A stretch of 42,888 nucleotides of DNA from a virus (IMGVR_UViG_2734482773_000006), one strand, 5' to 3'. Shown: positions 32,988 to 41,604, counted from the first letter of the stretch. The notes: generated from the sequence alone by a model not told the origin. Program-made: numbers and translations.

Positions 32988-33533
32988 TCATATTGCCCCC
33001 AGCATGGTGGTGACCATCGCCATCAGTGGACCAGCCAAATCCGGGTCCACACGAAACATCGACACAATGCCTTCACTCATCTCCTTCAGTTTCTGGTGGC
33101 GTGGTGCGTTGAGAATGACAGCCTGTTTTGCCTCACTGAGTTCCTTTTCCATTTCAGCCAGCCGAGCCATGTAGCTATCCTGCTCAACCAGGTGGCCGCG
33201 ATATTCCAGCGGTAGTACCGCCAGAATTGCCGGGGTCAGTTCACGCACGTTATTTCGGTATTTTTCAGAATCGAATTTGTTATCGAGGAAGCGGAACAGC
33301 TTCTGGCGTGCACGGCTGACATCATCAGGGAAATCGATGGTGCCGCCGCCCTGCTCCCGATACTCATTCACAATGAGTGCGGCAACAACATCCTGATTAT
33401 CTGCAGCCGACCAGGCGCGAACGGCATCACGGATTTTTTCGTGGCCTGGCGCCTGTTTTGTTTGAGAACGATTTATCACCGCAGTCGGGCTAAATCCGCT
33501 AGTCTGTTGGTATGTAAGTGGTTGCATAGTCAT
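32988..33533 (-). CDS. YdaT-like protein (CII functional analogue of Rac-type immunity regions)
   Basis: 181-aa ORF just downstream of the cro-like gene; motifs NEYREQGGG and LTPAILAVLPLEYR resemble Rac YdaT as recalled. Confidence 0.55.
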   Translation of the reverse strand: MTMQPLTYQQTSGFSPTAVINRSQTKQAPGHEKIRDAVRAWSAADNQDVVAALIVNEYREQGGGTIDFPDDVSRARQKLFRFLDNKFDSEKYRNNVRELTPAILAVLPLEYRGHLVEQDSYMARLAEMEKELSEAKQAVILNAPRHQKLKEMSEGIVSMFRVDPDLAGPLMAMVTTMLGAI

Positions 33534-33557
33534 TGCCTTATCAGTTAACGCCGCAGT

Positions 33558-33785
33558 TTAGGCGGCAGAATTACTCGCGTTAAACAATGGTGCGAGGTCG
33601 GGACGAATATCTGCTGGTTTAATCTTTCCACCAGTGGCTGAGACAATTTTCATTACATAGCGGGCATCAATTCCGCCACCGTGTAGCCAACGCCAAACTG
33701 TGGGTTGGGCTACACCGCATAGATCTGCCAGTCGTTTTTGACTACCTGTAATACTGATTGCGAGTTGAATGGTTTGATTTGTCAT
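33558..33785 (-). CDS. cro: Cro/YdaS-like HTH repressor
   Basis: ORF track 33558..33791 (TTG); probable ATG at third codon; HTH GVAQPTVWRW; divergent from cI. Confidence 0.75.
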   Translation of the reverse strand: MTNQTIQLAISITGSQKRLADLCGVAQPTVWRWLHGGGIDARYVMKIVSATGGKIKPADIRPDLAPLFNASNSAA

Positions 33786-33895
33786 TATCAATTCCTATTG
33801 GTATTGCAATGAATGAATAATAGCAATGCGTATTAATCCAAGCAATAGCAAAACGTGTTTTGACCATCAATACGCAAGCGTATAAATTAAAACTT
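33786..33895. promoter_or_regulatory. Right operator/promoter region (OR, PR, PRM-like) between divergent cro and cI
   Basis: 110-bp divergent intergenic region with repeated (T/A)TAGCAAT / TTGCAAT motifs, also found in the presumed OL region. Confidence 0.5.
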
Positions 33896-34588
33896 ATGAA
33901 AAAAGAAACTCTTGCTGATCGCTTAAACCTAGCGATGGAACAATCTGGAATGTCTCAAGGCGCTCTTGCAAAGGCGTCTGGCGTAGCTCAACCCACAATC
34001 TGGAGACTGACAAGCGGCAACGCTCGCGGCTCAACAAAAATTGTTGAAATAGCTAATGCATTGGGTGTTCGAACAGAATGGCTCTCATCAGGCATAGGCC
34101 CGATGAGAAATGACGGTCAACAATCAGGGAAGCCTGCTGTCAGCCATTCAAAATACTTCAAGATTGACGTTCTTGATATAGAAGTGAGTGCCGGGCCGGG
34201 AGTCATCAACCGTGAGTTTGTAGAAGTTCTACGCTCGGTTGAGTACTCGTTTGACGATGCTCGTCACATGTTCGATGGTAGGAAGGCAGAAAATATCCGC
34301 ATCATTAACGTACGCGGTGACAGCATGTCAGGAACGATCGAACCAGGTGATCTGCTGTTCGTTGATATCACGGTTAAATCTTTCGACGGTGATGGTATCT
34401 ATGCGTTTCTGTATGACGACACCGCCCATGTAAAGCGCCTGCAAATGATGAAGGATAAGCTACTGGTTATCTCTGATAACAAGAGCTACTCACCGTGGGA
34501 CCCGATCGAGAAAGACGAGATGAACCGGGTATTCATATTCGGTAAGGTTATTGGGAGCATGCCGCAGACGTACAGAAAACACGGATAA
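33896..34588 (+). CDS. cI: CI-type prophage repressor (N-terminal HTH, C-terminal S24 LexA-like peptidase domain)
   Basis: ORF track 33860..34588 (TTG); probable ATG at MKKETLADRLN (may be leaderless as lambda cI); HTH GMSQGALAKASGVAQPTIWRL; S24-like GDSM and K residues. Confidence 0.85.
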   Translation: MKKETLADRLNLAMEQSGMSQGALAKASGVAQPTIWRLTSGNARGSTKIVEIANALGVRTEWLSSGIGPMRNDGQQSGKPAVSHSKYFKIDVLDIEVSAGPGVINREFVEVLRSVEYSFDDARHMFDGRKAENIRIINVRGDSMSGTIEPGDLLFVDITVKSFDGDGIYAFLYDDTAHVKRLQMMKDKLLVISDNKSYSPWDPIEKDEMNRVFIFGKVIGSMPQTYRKHG

Positions 34589-34670
34589 TCAGCCGCGTGT
34601 TGATGAGGCTTTTGGGTAATACGCTGAAGAAAATACCTTATAAAAAATAACATTACGGGAAAGGCAAAAA

Positions 34671-34934
34671 ATGAGTAATAAAACACTTGTTAAAAAATCA
34701 AATAACTGTGTCGATGCATACGCCGACGCGTTTGGCTACTCTTCGTTTGGTGACGGCTCTCAGCGCCTAGGTTCAATTTCTTTTTTTCATAATGTAACTG
34801 AATGGCCTGTTGATGAAAGTGACGATGTTGAGAACATAAAGTACAACATTGCAACCATTAGAATGCCCGAAGAATTGATGCTTAAATTGGCTGACTTCAT
34901 TCGCGACCAGCATGACAAAGCTAAAACAAACTAA
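34671..34934 (+). CDS. Hypothetical 87-aa acidic protein, first gene downstream of cI (rexA position)
   Basis: ORF track; same strand as cI, before the terminator at ~35466; no family recognised. Confidence 0.45.
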   Translation: MSNKTLVKKSNNCVDAYADAFGYSSFGDGSQRLGSISFFHNVTEWPVDESDDVENIKYNIATIRMPEELMLKLADFIRDQHDKAKTN

Positions 34935-34946
34935 TCGTAATTAATT

Positions 34947-35390
34947 ATGAAACACGATTATTACGAAGCTCCAAACCTAAATGATAAAATTGCAAAGGCG
35001 GCAAAATCATTTTGTTTGCACTCCAGTGCGTCTTCCCAGCTAGCAGGTATATCTGGAAAAAGATGGGACATGCTACAATCAAGTGGTAGCAGTGGGTCTG
35101 GGAGTGATAACATGCCTGAAAAAGTTGCAAAACTGGAGTCCGATGTTGCTCATATCAAACGAGACGTTGATGAACTTAAAACAGACGTTAAAGCTATCGA
35201 CAAAAATATGATAACTATTCTTGCACGTCTGGACTCTATAAAAGAATCCTTAACAAACAAGCCATCAAGTGATGCTGTCGATAGAAAGATTTCAGACGCA
35301 AAGCTTGCGGTATTGCTTGGTGTTCCAGCAATCATCGCTGCAGGAACAGGACTTTATAAGCTATCAATGTACTTTTTCTTTAGTGCTTAA
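34947..35390 (+). CDS. Hypothetical coiled-coil protein with C-terminal transmembrane anchor (rexB position); probable shorter 92-aa form from 35112
   Basis: ORF track 147 aa; internal ATG at 35112 has GGAG upstream; C-terminal hydrophobic helix AVLLGVPAIIAAGTGLYKLSMYFFF; heptad-like charged region. Confidence 0.45.
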   Translation: MKHDYYEAPNLNDKIAKAAKSFCLHSSASSQLAGISGKRWDMLQSSGSSGSGSDNMPEKVAKLESDVAHIKRDVDELKTDVKAIDKNMITILARLDSIKESLTNKPSSDAVDRKISDAKLAVLLGVPAIIAAGTGLYKLSMYFFFSA

Positions 35391-35465
35391 GAAAATGCTC
35401 GCACCCTTGCATTAGGTAAAGCGATTTTTCATTCCCCATTACCCTCGCTCTTAACCAATCATCTA

Positions 35466-35494
35466 AACCCGGCCACCGTGCCGGGTTTTCTTTT
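35466..35494 (+). terminator. Rho-independent terminator ending the cI-operon transcript
   Basis: Hairpin CCCGGCCACCGTGCCGGG followed by TTTTCTTTT, read by eye. Confidence 0.55.
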
Positions 35495-35589
35495 GCCCTC
35501 CCCTCATCACACACCGTTCAAAAAACCACCACGACCTCACTTCAGTTATCGCTATGCGATGCAAGTCACAAAATTAATTCTTTTTGCTA

Positions 35590-35700
35590 TCAAACATTTA
35601 ATATCAAAACACATCAACTAATAGCAATAAGTATTGATATCACCAATAGCAATAGCTATTATCACCATATCGCAACAACACAACGATACGGCAACCACCT
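35590..35700 (+). promoter_or_regulatory. Putative left operator/promoter (OL/PL)
   Basis: Cluster of ATAGCAAT / TATCACC repeats shared with the cro-cI intergenic region, upstream of the gam-bet-exo operon. Confidence 0.4.
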
Positions 35701-35855
35701 GATTCACCGTTGCGATGACCGCTTAGATCCGCAGCTTGAATTTCAGCAGGCTTCGGGGAGTGCGAGGGATGAAACGGACGCGTGAACGTCGGTGTGACCA
35801 GCTGAAATCAACTCAACATTTCATACCTTAGTCGCTTCAACGAGGCGGCTTAGTT

Positions 35856-36146
35856 ATGACAACCGGCGGCCATCCACCGCCTGAATACGCGCAGAAGTCT
35901 TTATATGTTCAGCAGCCCAGCTTACGGGCAGGAGTTTTTATGGTTCATCAACATTACGGAACGCAGACCGTTAATCGCGGTGCGGTCATGCCAGGAATGC
36001 TGGTCAAACGCAAAGATGGTACCTGGACTGCATCAGCTAATTTACGCGGACGACTTTATCTGCATCGCGGCATTGAGCGCACTTATACCCGTGACTTGCT
36101 CGTGGAAGTTTTTCTCGACGGACGCGGCAACGGTCTGAATCACTAA
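35856..36146 (+). CDS. Hypothetical 96-aa protein, first sizeable ORF of the pL operon
   Basis: ORF track; SD-like GAGGCGG upstream; in frame with gam and separated from it by one TAA codon. Confidence 0.4.
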   Translation: MTTGGHPPPEYAQKSLYVQQPSLRAGVFMVHQHYGTQTVNRGAVMPGMLVKRKDGTWTASANLRGRLYLHRGIERTYTRDLLVEVFLDGRGNGLNH

Positions 36147-36221
36147 TCCCCTTTCCTGTTTTCCGAATCAGCCTGGCATTCCGCGGGCGATTTTTTCACA
36201 GCCATTTTCAGGAGTTCAGCC

Positions 36222-36518
36222 ATGAACGCTTATTACATTCAGGATCGTCTTGAGGCTCAGAGCTGGGCGCGTCACTACCAGCAGATCGCCCGTGAAGAGA
36301 AAGAGGCAGAACTGGCAGACGACATGGAAAAAGGCCTGCCCCAGCACCTGTTTGAATCGCTATGCATCGATCATTTGCAACGCCACGGGGCCAGCAAAAA
36401 AGCCATTACCCGTGCGTTTGATGACGATGTTGAGTTTCAGGAACGCATGGCAGAACACATACGGTACATGGTTGAAACTATTGCCCGCCACCAGGTTGAT
36501 ATTGATTCAGAGGTATAA
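36222..36518 (+). CDS. gam: Gam (RecBCD inhibitor), short GamS form
   Basis: 98 aa, [34 protein letters not shown], lambda GamS. Confidence 0.9.
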   Translation: MNAYYIQDRLEAQSWARHYQQIAREEKEAELADDMEKGLPQHLFESLCIDHLQRHGASKKAITRAFDDDVEFQERMAEHIRYMVETIARHQVDIDSEV

Positions 36519-36523
36519 AACGG

Positions 36524-37309
36524 ATGAGTACAGCACTCGCAACGCTGGCAGGGAAGCTGGCTGAACGTGTCGGCATGGATTCTGTCGACCCACAGGAACT
36601 GATCACCACTCTTCGCCAGACGGCATTTAAAGGTGATGCCAGCGATGCGCAGTTCATCGCATTGTTGATCGTCGCCAACCAGTACGGCCTTAATCCGTGG
36701 ACGAAAGAAATTTACGCCTTCCCTGATAAGCAGAACGGCATCGTTCCGGTGGTGGGCGTTGATGGCTGGTCCCGCATCATCAATGAAAACCAGCAGTTTG
36801 ATGGCATGGACTTTGAGCAGGACAATGAATCCTGTACATGCCGGATTTACCGCAAGGACCGTAATCATCCGATCTGCGTTACCGAATGGATGGATGAATG
36901 CCGCCGCGAACCATTCAAAACTCGCGAAGGCAGAGAAATTACGGGGCCGTGGCAGTCGCATCCCAAACGGATGTTACGGCATAAAGCCATGATTCAGTGT
37001 GCCCGTCTGGCCTTCGGATTTGCTGGTATCTATGACAAGGATGAAGCCGAGCGCATTGTCGAAAATACTGCATACACTGCAGAACGTCAGCCGGAACGCG
37101 ACATCACTCCGGTTAACGATGAAACCATGCAGGAGATTAACACTCTGCTGATCGCCCTGGATAAAACATGGGATGACGACTTATTGCCGCTCTGTTCCCA
37201 GATATTTCGCCGCGACATTCGCGCATCGTCAGAACTGACACAGGCCGAAGCAGTGAAAGCTCTTGGATTCCTGAAACAGAAAGCCACTGAGCAGAAGGTG
37301 GCAGCATGA
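36524..37309 (+). CDS. bet: Bet (Red beta single-strand annealing protein)
   Basis: 261 aa, [48 protein letters not shown], lambda Bet. Confidence 0.95.
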   Translation: MSTALATLAGKLAERVGMDSVDPQELITTLRQTAFKGDASDAQFIALLIVANQYGLNPWTKEIYAFPDKQNGIVPVVGVDGWSRIINENQQFDGMDFEQDNESCTCRIYRKDRNHPICVTEWMDECRREPFKTREGREITGPWQSHPKRMLRHKAMIQCARLAFGFAGIYDKDEAERIVENTAYTAERQPERDITPVNDETMQEINTLLIALDKTWDDDLLPLCSQIFRRDIRASSELTQAEAVKALGFLKQKATEQKVAA

Positions 37310-37986
37310 CACCGGACATTATCCTGCAGCGTACCGGGATCGACGTGAGAGCTGTCGAACAGGGGGATGATGCATGGCACAAATTACGGCTCGGCGTCAT
37401 CACCGCTTCAGAAGTTCACAACGTGATAGCAAAGCCCCGCTCAGGAAAGAAGTGGCCTGACATGAAAATGTCCTACTTCCACACCCTGCTGGCTGAGGTT
37501 TGCACCGGTGTGGCTCCGGAAGTTAATGCTAAGGCGCTGGCCTGGGGAAAACAGTACGAGAACGACGCCAGAGCCCTGTTTGAGTTTACTTCCGGCGTGA
37601 ATGTTACTGAATCCCCGATCATCTATCGCGACGAAAGTATGCGCACCGCCTGCTCTCCCGATGGTTTATGCAGTGACGGCAACGGCCTTGAACTGAAATG
37701 CCCGTTTACCTCCCGGGATTTCATGAAATTCCGGCTCGGTGGTTTCGAGGCCATAAAGTCAGCTTACATGGCCCAGGTGCAGTACAGCATGTGGGTGACG
37801 CGAAAAGATGCCTGGTACTTTGCCAACTATGACCCACGAATGAAGCGTGAAGGCCTGCATTATGTCGTGGTTGAGCGGGATGAAAATTACATGGCGAGTT
37901 TTGACGAGATGGTGCCGGAGTTCATCGAAAAAATGGACGAGGCACTGGCTGAAATTGGTTTTGTATTTGGGGAGCAATGGCGATGA
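37306..37986 (+). CDS. exo: Exo (Red alpha 5'-3' exonuclease)
   Basis: 226 aa, [40 protein letters not shown], lambda Exo. Confidence 0.95.
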   Translation: MTPDIILQRTGIDVRAVEQGDDAWHKLRLGVITASEVHNVIAKPRSGKKWPDMKMSYFHTLLAEVCTGVAPEVNAKALAWGKQYENDARALFEFTSGVNVTESPIIYRDESMRTACSPDGLCSDGNGLELKCPFTSRDFMKFRLGGFEAIKSAYMAQVQYSMWVTRKDAWYFANYDPRMKREGLHYVVVERDENYMASFDEMVPEFIEKMDEALAEIGFVFGEQWR

Positions 37987-38165
37987 AACATCCTCACGAT
38001 AATATCCGCGTAGGCACGATCACTTTCGTCTACTCCGTTACGAAGCGAGGCTGGGTATTTCCCGGCCTTTCTGTTATCCGAAATCCCCTGAAAGCACAGC
38101 GGCTGGCTGAGGAGATAAATAATAAACGGGGAGCTGTATGCACAAAGCATCTCCCGTTCAGTTAA
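37977..38165 (+). CDS. Lambda orf60a-like small protein
   Basis: 62 aa, [30 protein letters not shown]; position after exo as in lambda. Confidence 0.7.
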   Translation: MAMKHPHDNIRVGTITFVYSVTKRGWVFPGLSVIRNPLKAQRLAEEINNKRGAVCTKHLPFS

Positions 38166-38329
38166 GAACGAGTATCGAGATGGCACATAGCCTCGCTCAA
38201 ATTGGAGTCAGGTTTGTGCCAATACCAGTAGAAACAGACGAAGAATTTCATACGTTAGCCGCATCCCTTTCACAAAAGCTGGAAATGATGGTGGCGAAAG
38301 CAGAAGCAGATGAGAGAGACCAGGTATGA
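38138..38329 (+). CDS. Lambda orf63-like small protein
   Basis: 63-aa ORF in the lambda order. Confidence 0.65.
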   Translation: MHKASPVQLRTSIEMAHSLAQIGVRFVPIPVETDEEFHTLAASLSQKLEMMVAKAEADERDQV

Positions 38330-38405
38330 CAACCACGGAATGCATTTTTCTGGCAGCGGGCTTCATATTCTGTGTGCTTATGCTTGCCGACATGGGACTT
38401 GTTCA

Positions 38406-38621
38406 ATGACACCTCAGCAGGAAAACGCCCTTCGCAGCATTGCCCGTCAGGCTAATTCTGAAATCAAAAAAGCCAGACAGCAGTTTCCGGATAAAAACGT
38501 CGATGACATTTGCCGTAGCGTACTGAAGAAGCACCGCGAAACGGTAACGCTGATGGGATTCACACCGACTCATTTAAGCCTGGCAATCGGCATGTTAAAC
38601 GGCGTCTTTAAGGAACGATGA
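38406..38621 (+). CDS. Lambda orf61-like small protein
   Basis: ORF track 38310..38621; probable start at internal MTPQQENALRSIARQ. Confidence 0.6.
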   Translation: MTPQQENALRSIARQANSEIKKARQQFPDKNVDDICRSVLKKHRETVTLMGFTPTHLSLAIGMLNGVFKER

Positions 38622-38719
38622 ACATGAAAAGCAAAATCATCAGGGAGCTACAGGCTCCTTTTTTATTATTCGCATTCACCCTCAAGCGTATTAACCAACA
38701 ATTCAGGGATTAATGGAAG

Positions 38720-38941
38720 ATGGCAGACATCATTGATTCAGCATCAGAAATTGAAGAATTACAGCGCAACACAGCAATAAAAATGCGCCGCCTGAACCAC
38801 CAGGCTATATCTGCCACTCATTGTTGTGAGTGTGGCGATCCGATAGATGAACGAAGACGCCTGGTCGTTCAGGGTTGTCGGACTTGTGCAAGTTGCCAGG
38901 AGGATCTGGAGCTTATCAGTAAACAGAGAGGTTCGAAGTGA
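38720..38941 (+). CDS. DksA/TraR-family C4 zinc finger protein (lambda orf73-like)
   Basis: 73 aa with CxxC...CxxC (CCECGDPI...CRTCASC). Confidence 0.8.
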   Translation: MADIIDSASEIEELQRNTAIKMRRLNHQAISATHCCECGDPIDERRRLVVQGCRTCASCQEDLELISKQRGSK

Positions 38942-39151
38942 GCGAAATTAACTAGAAGCCAAAGATAAAATCATCGCTGAGCAGGAGAAAATCGCTAACG
39001 GAGAAAAGACAGTAAGTCAGTATATGAAAACCGCATGATATCATCAGATAAAAATCGGTCGTAAAGCGAAATATTAATACCAGAACAAACGAGTCGAGGT
39101 AAATTATATTACCTCGATAAATTAACTAAAACTTGCCCGCTATATACTATA

Positions 39152-39754
39152 TCATTCAGTATCATCACGCGCGGTCTGTGCATATGTCACTACCGCACCT
39201 AATATATTAATTTTCTTTTCAACATAGATAATATTATCGTACTCATAATTGCCATACGGATAGCAAATGCGAATATTCTCATGTAGATCGGGGTCATCCA
39301 CCTCAGCTCCAGAACAACTTTTTGAACTACCGGAAGTATACCGATACGGTGCAACATAAGACGATGTCTCTCCAGGCAAAAAATAAGTTAGTGTCGTAAG
39401 GGGTATAATCAGAAAAAATCCTGCAAATATGCACATCCCTGCATAAACCTTAAGGTATGCTGACAGACTCTTCCAGCCTCTTTGTTTTACTATCCCCTTC
39501 TTAACCCAAAACAGAGATAACAGAAAAGCTATTCCCATGCTAAACAGAATGTAATAGTGGGATATACTCTGATTAAGAAACGTGACCCTGTAGATATCTG
39601 CCCGCCACCAGAAGAAAAGGAAAATAAAGATCAGCCCTGAAACTGTCATGCAAATCAAATAAGGATACGAATCTTTTTTCATGTTTAGCGCCCATAAAAT
39701 TTTTCCTGACCCGGACAAATTTACCATCCATTTTTTGCGCAGAAAATAGCTCAT
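39152..39754 (-). CDS. Hypothetical integral membrane protein (three predicted TM helices plus Cys-containing C-terminal domain), AT-rich moron
   Basis: 200-aa ORF on the opposite strand to neighbours; hydrophobic segments LICMTVSGLIFIFLFFWW, YYILFSMGIAFLLSLFWV, VYAGMCIFAGFFLIIPLTTLTYFL; start codon uncertain. Confidence 0.5.
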   Translation of the reverse strand: MSYFLRKKWMVNLSGSGKILWALNMKKDSYPYLICMTVSGLIFIFLFFWWRADIYRVTFLNQSISHYYILFSMGIAFLLSLFWVKKGIVKQRGWKSLSAYLKVYAGMCIFAGFFLIIPLTTLTYFLPGETSSYVAPYRYTSGSSKSCSGAEVDDPDLHENIRICYPYGNYEYDNIIYVEKKINILGAVVTYAQTARDDTE

Positions 39755-39996
39755 TACTTACTGCACAATAATACACAAAATTGCGTAAATTTTTTGCATG
39801 GATTTTAGCTCTTTCAGCCGACATTTAAGGGGTAAATAGCATTTCCTAAAAGCAACTGCACCAACCCAACAGAATGGGCTACCGCTTACGTTGAGAGCAA
39901 AAAAGTGTATAGCAGCAATGAACAGCATCCTCGCACTGACGAGGATTTCTTTTATCTGAACTCGCTACGGCGGGTTTTGTTTTATGGAGATGATAA

Positions 39997-40164
39997 ATGC
40001 ACTTCCGAGTCACAGGTGAATGGAATGGAGAACCATTCAACAGAGTTATCGAAGCCGAGAACATCAGCGACTGCTATGACCACTGGATGCTGTGGGCGCA
40101 GATAGCACATGCAGACGTAACCAATATTCGAATTGAAGAACTGAAAGAACACCAAGCCGCCTGA
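39997..40164 (+). CDS. Small hypothetical protein upstream of xis (lambda orf55-like position)
   Basis: Read by eye, ~55 codons, ATG preceded by GGAGA; below the ORF track threshold. Confidence 0.4.
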   Translation: MHFRVTGEWNGEPFNRVIEAENISDCYDHWMLWAQIAHADVTNIRIEELKEHQAA

Positions 40165-40178
40165 TGGCGGTTTTTTCT
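40156..40178 (+). terminator. Rho-independent terminator-like hairpin between the small ORF and xis
   Basis: GCCGCCTGATGGCGG followed by TTTTTT, read by eye. Confidence 0.45.
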
Positions 40179-40203
40179 TGCGTGTAATTGCGGAGACTTT
40201 GCG

Positions 40204-40422
40204 ATGTACTTGACACTTCAGGAGTGGAACGCACGCCAGCGACGCCCAAGAAGCCTTGAAACAGTTCGTCGATGGGTACGCGAGTGCAGGATATTCCCTC
40301 CTCCGGTTAAGGATGGAAGAGAGTATCTGTTCCACGAATCAGCGGTAAAGGTTGACTTAAATCGACCAGTAACAGGTAGCCTTTTGAAGAGGATCAGAAA
40401 TGGGAAGAAGGCGAAGTCATGA
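40204..40422 (+). CDS. xis: Excisionase Xis
   Basis: 72 aa, MYLTLQEWNARQRRPRSLETVRRWVRECRIFPPPVKDGREYLFHESAV, lambda Xis. Confidence 0.95.
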   Translation: MYLTLQEWNARQRRPRSLETVRRWVRECRIFPPPVKDGREYLFHESAVKVDLNRPVTGSLLKRIRNGKKAKS

Positions 40423-41470
40423 GCGCCGGGATTTACCCCCTAACCTTTATATAAGAAACAATGGATATTACTGCTACAGGGACCCAAGGACGGGTAAAGA
40501 GTTTGGATTAGGCAGAGACAGGCGAATCGCAATCACTGAAGCCATACAGGCCAACATTGAGTTATTTTCAGGACACAAACACAAGCCTCTGACAGCGAGA
40601 ATCAACAGTGATAATTCCGTTACGTTACATTCATGGCTTGATCGCTACGAAAAAATCCTGGCCAGCAGAGGAATCAAGCAGAAGACACTCATAAATTACA
40701 TGAGCAAAATTAAAGCAATAAGGAGGGGTCTGCCTGATGCTCCACTTGAAGACATCACCACAAAAGAAATTGCGGCAATGCTCAATGGATACATAGACGA
40801 GGGCAAGGCGGCGTCAGCCAAGTTAATCAGATCAACACTGAGCGATGCATTCCGAGAGGCAATAGCTGAAGGCCATATAACAACAAACCCTGTCGCTGCC
40901 ACTCGCGCAGCAAAATCAGAGGTAAGGAGATCAAGACTTACGGCTGACGAATACCTGAAAATTTATCAAGCAGCAGAATCATCACCATGTTGGCTCAGAC
41001 TTGCAATGGAACTGGCTGTTGTTACCGGGCAACGAGTTGGTGATTTATGCGAAATGAAGTGGTCTGATATCGTAGATGGATATCTTTATGTCGAGCAAAG
41101 CAAAACAGGCGTAAAAATTGCCATCCCAACAGCATTGCATGTTGATGCTCTCGGAATATCAATGAAGGAAACACTTGATAAATGCAAAGAGATTCTTGGC
41201 GGAGAAACCATAATTGCATCTACTCGTCGCGAACCGCTTTCATCCGGCACAGTATCAAGGTATTTTATGCGCGCACGAAAAGCATCAGGTCTTTCCTTCG
41301 AAGGGGATCCGCCTACCTTTCACGAGTTGCGCAGTTTGTCTGCAAGACTCTATGAGAAGCAGATAAGCGATAAGTTTGCTCAACATCTTCTCGGGCATAA
41401 GTCGGACACCATGGCATCACAGTATCGTGATGACAGAGGCAGGGAGTGGGACAAAATTGAAATCAAATAA
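40400..41470 (+). CDS. int: Integrase Int (tyrosine recombinase)
   Basis: 356 aa, MGRRRSHERRDLPPNLYIRNNGYYCYRDPRTGKEFGLGRDRRIAI, lambda Int; overlaps xis. Confidence 0.95.
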   Translation: MGRRRSHERRDLPPNLYIRNNGYYCYRDPRTGKEFGLGRDRRIAITEAIQANIELFSGHKHKPLTARINSDNSVTLHSWLDRYEKILASRGIKQKTLINYMSKIKAIRRGLPDAPLEDITTKEIAAMLNGYIDEGKAASAKLIRSTLSDAFREAIAEGHITTNPVAATRAAKSEVRRSRLTADEYLKIYQAAESSPCWLRLAMELAVVTGQRVGDLCEMKWSDIVDGYLYVEQSKTGVKIAIPTALHVDALGISMKETLDKCKEILGGETIIASTRREPLSSGTVSRYFMRARKASGLSFEGDPPTFHELRSLSARLYEKQISDKFAQHLLGHKSDTMASQYRDDRGREWDKIEIK

Positions 41471-41560
41471 TGATTTTATTTTGACTGATAGTGACCTGTT
41501 CGTTGCAACAAATTGATAAGCAATGCTTTTTTATAATGCCAACTTAGTATAAAAAAGCAG
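41471..41560. other. attL: attL junction: phage P' arm plus 15-bp core (GCTTTTTTATACTAA, present as reverse complement at about 41544..41558) joined to host attB sequence
   Basis: Plus strand reads ...GATAAGCAATGCTTTTTTATAATGCCAACTTAGTATAAAAAAGCAGGCTTCA; lambda P' arm and core, then host-like sequence. Confidence 0.8.
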
Positions 41561-41604
41561 GCTTCAACGGATTCATTTTTCTATTTCATAGCCCGGAGCA
41601 ACCT

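Noticed and set aside
35440-35494. boxA-like CGCTCTTAA followed by a hairpin, possible nutL
   Set aside because: It lies upstream of the presumed OL/PL cluster and directly after the cI-operon ORFs; the hairpin is followed by a T-run, so it fits a terminator of the cI transcript better than a nut site. Position relative to pL needs transcript mapping.
38326-38409. 27-codon hydrophobic ORF (MTTTECIFLAAGFIFCVLMLADMGLVQ) between orf63 and orf61
   Set aside because: Too short to support from sequence alone; may be a real small membrane peptide, but there is no start-context or conservation evidence available here.
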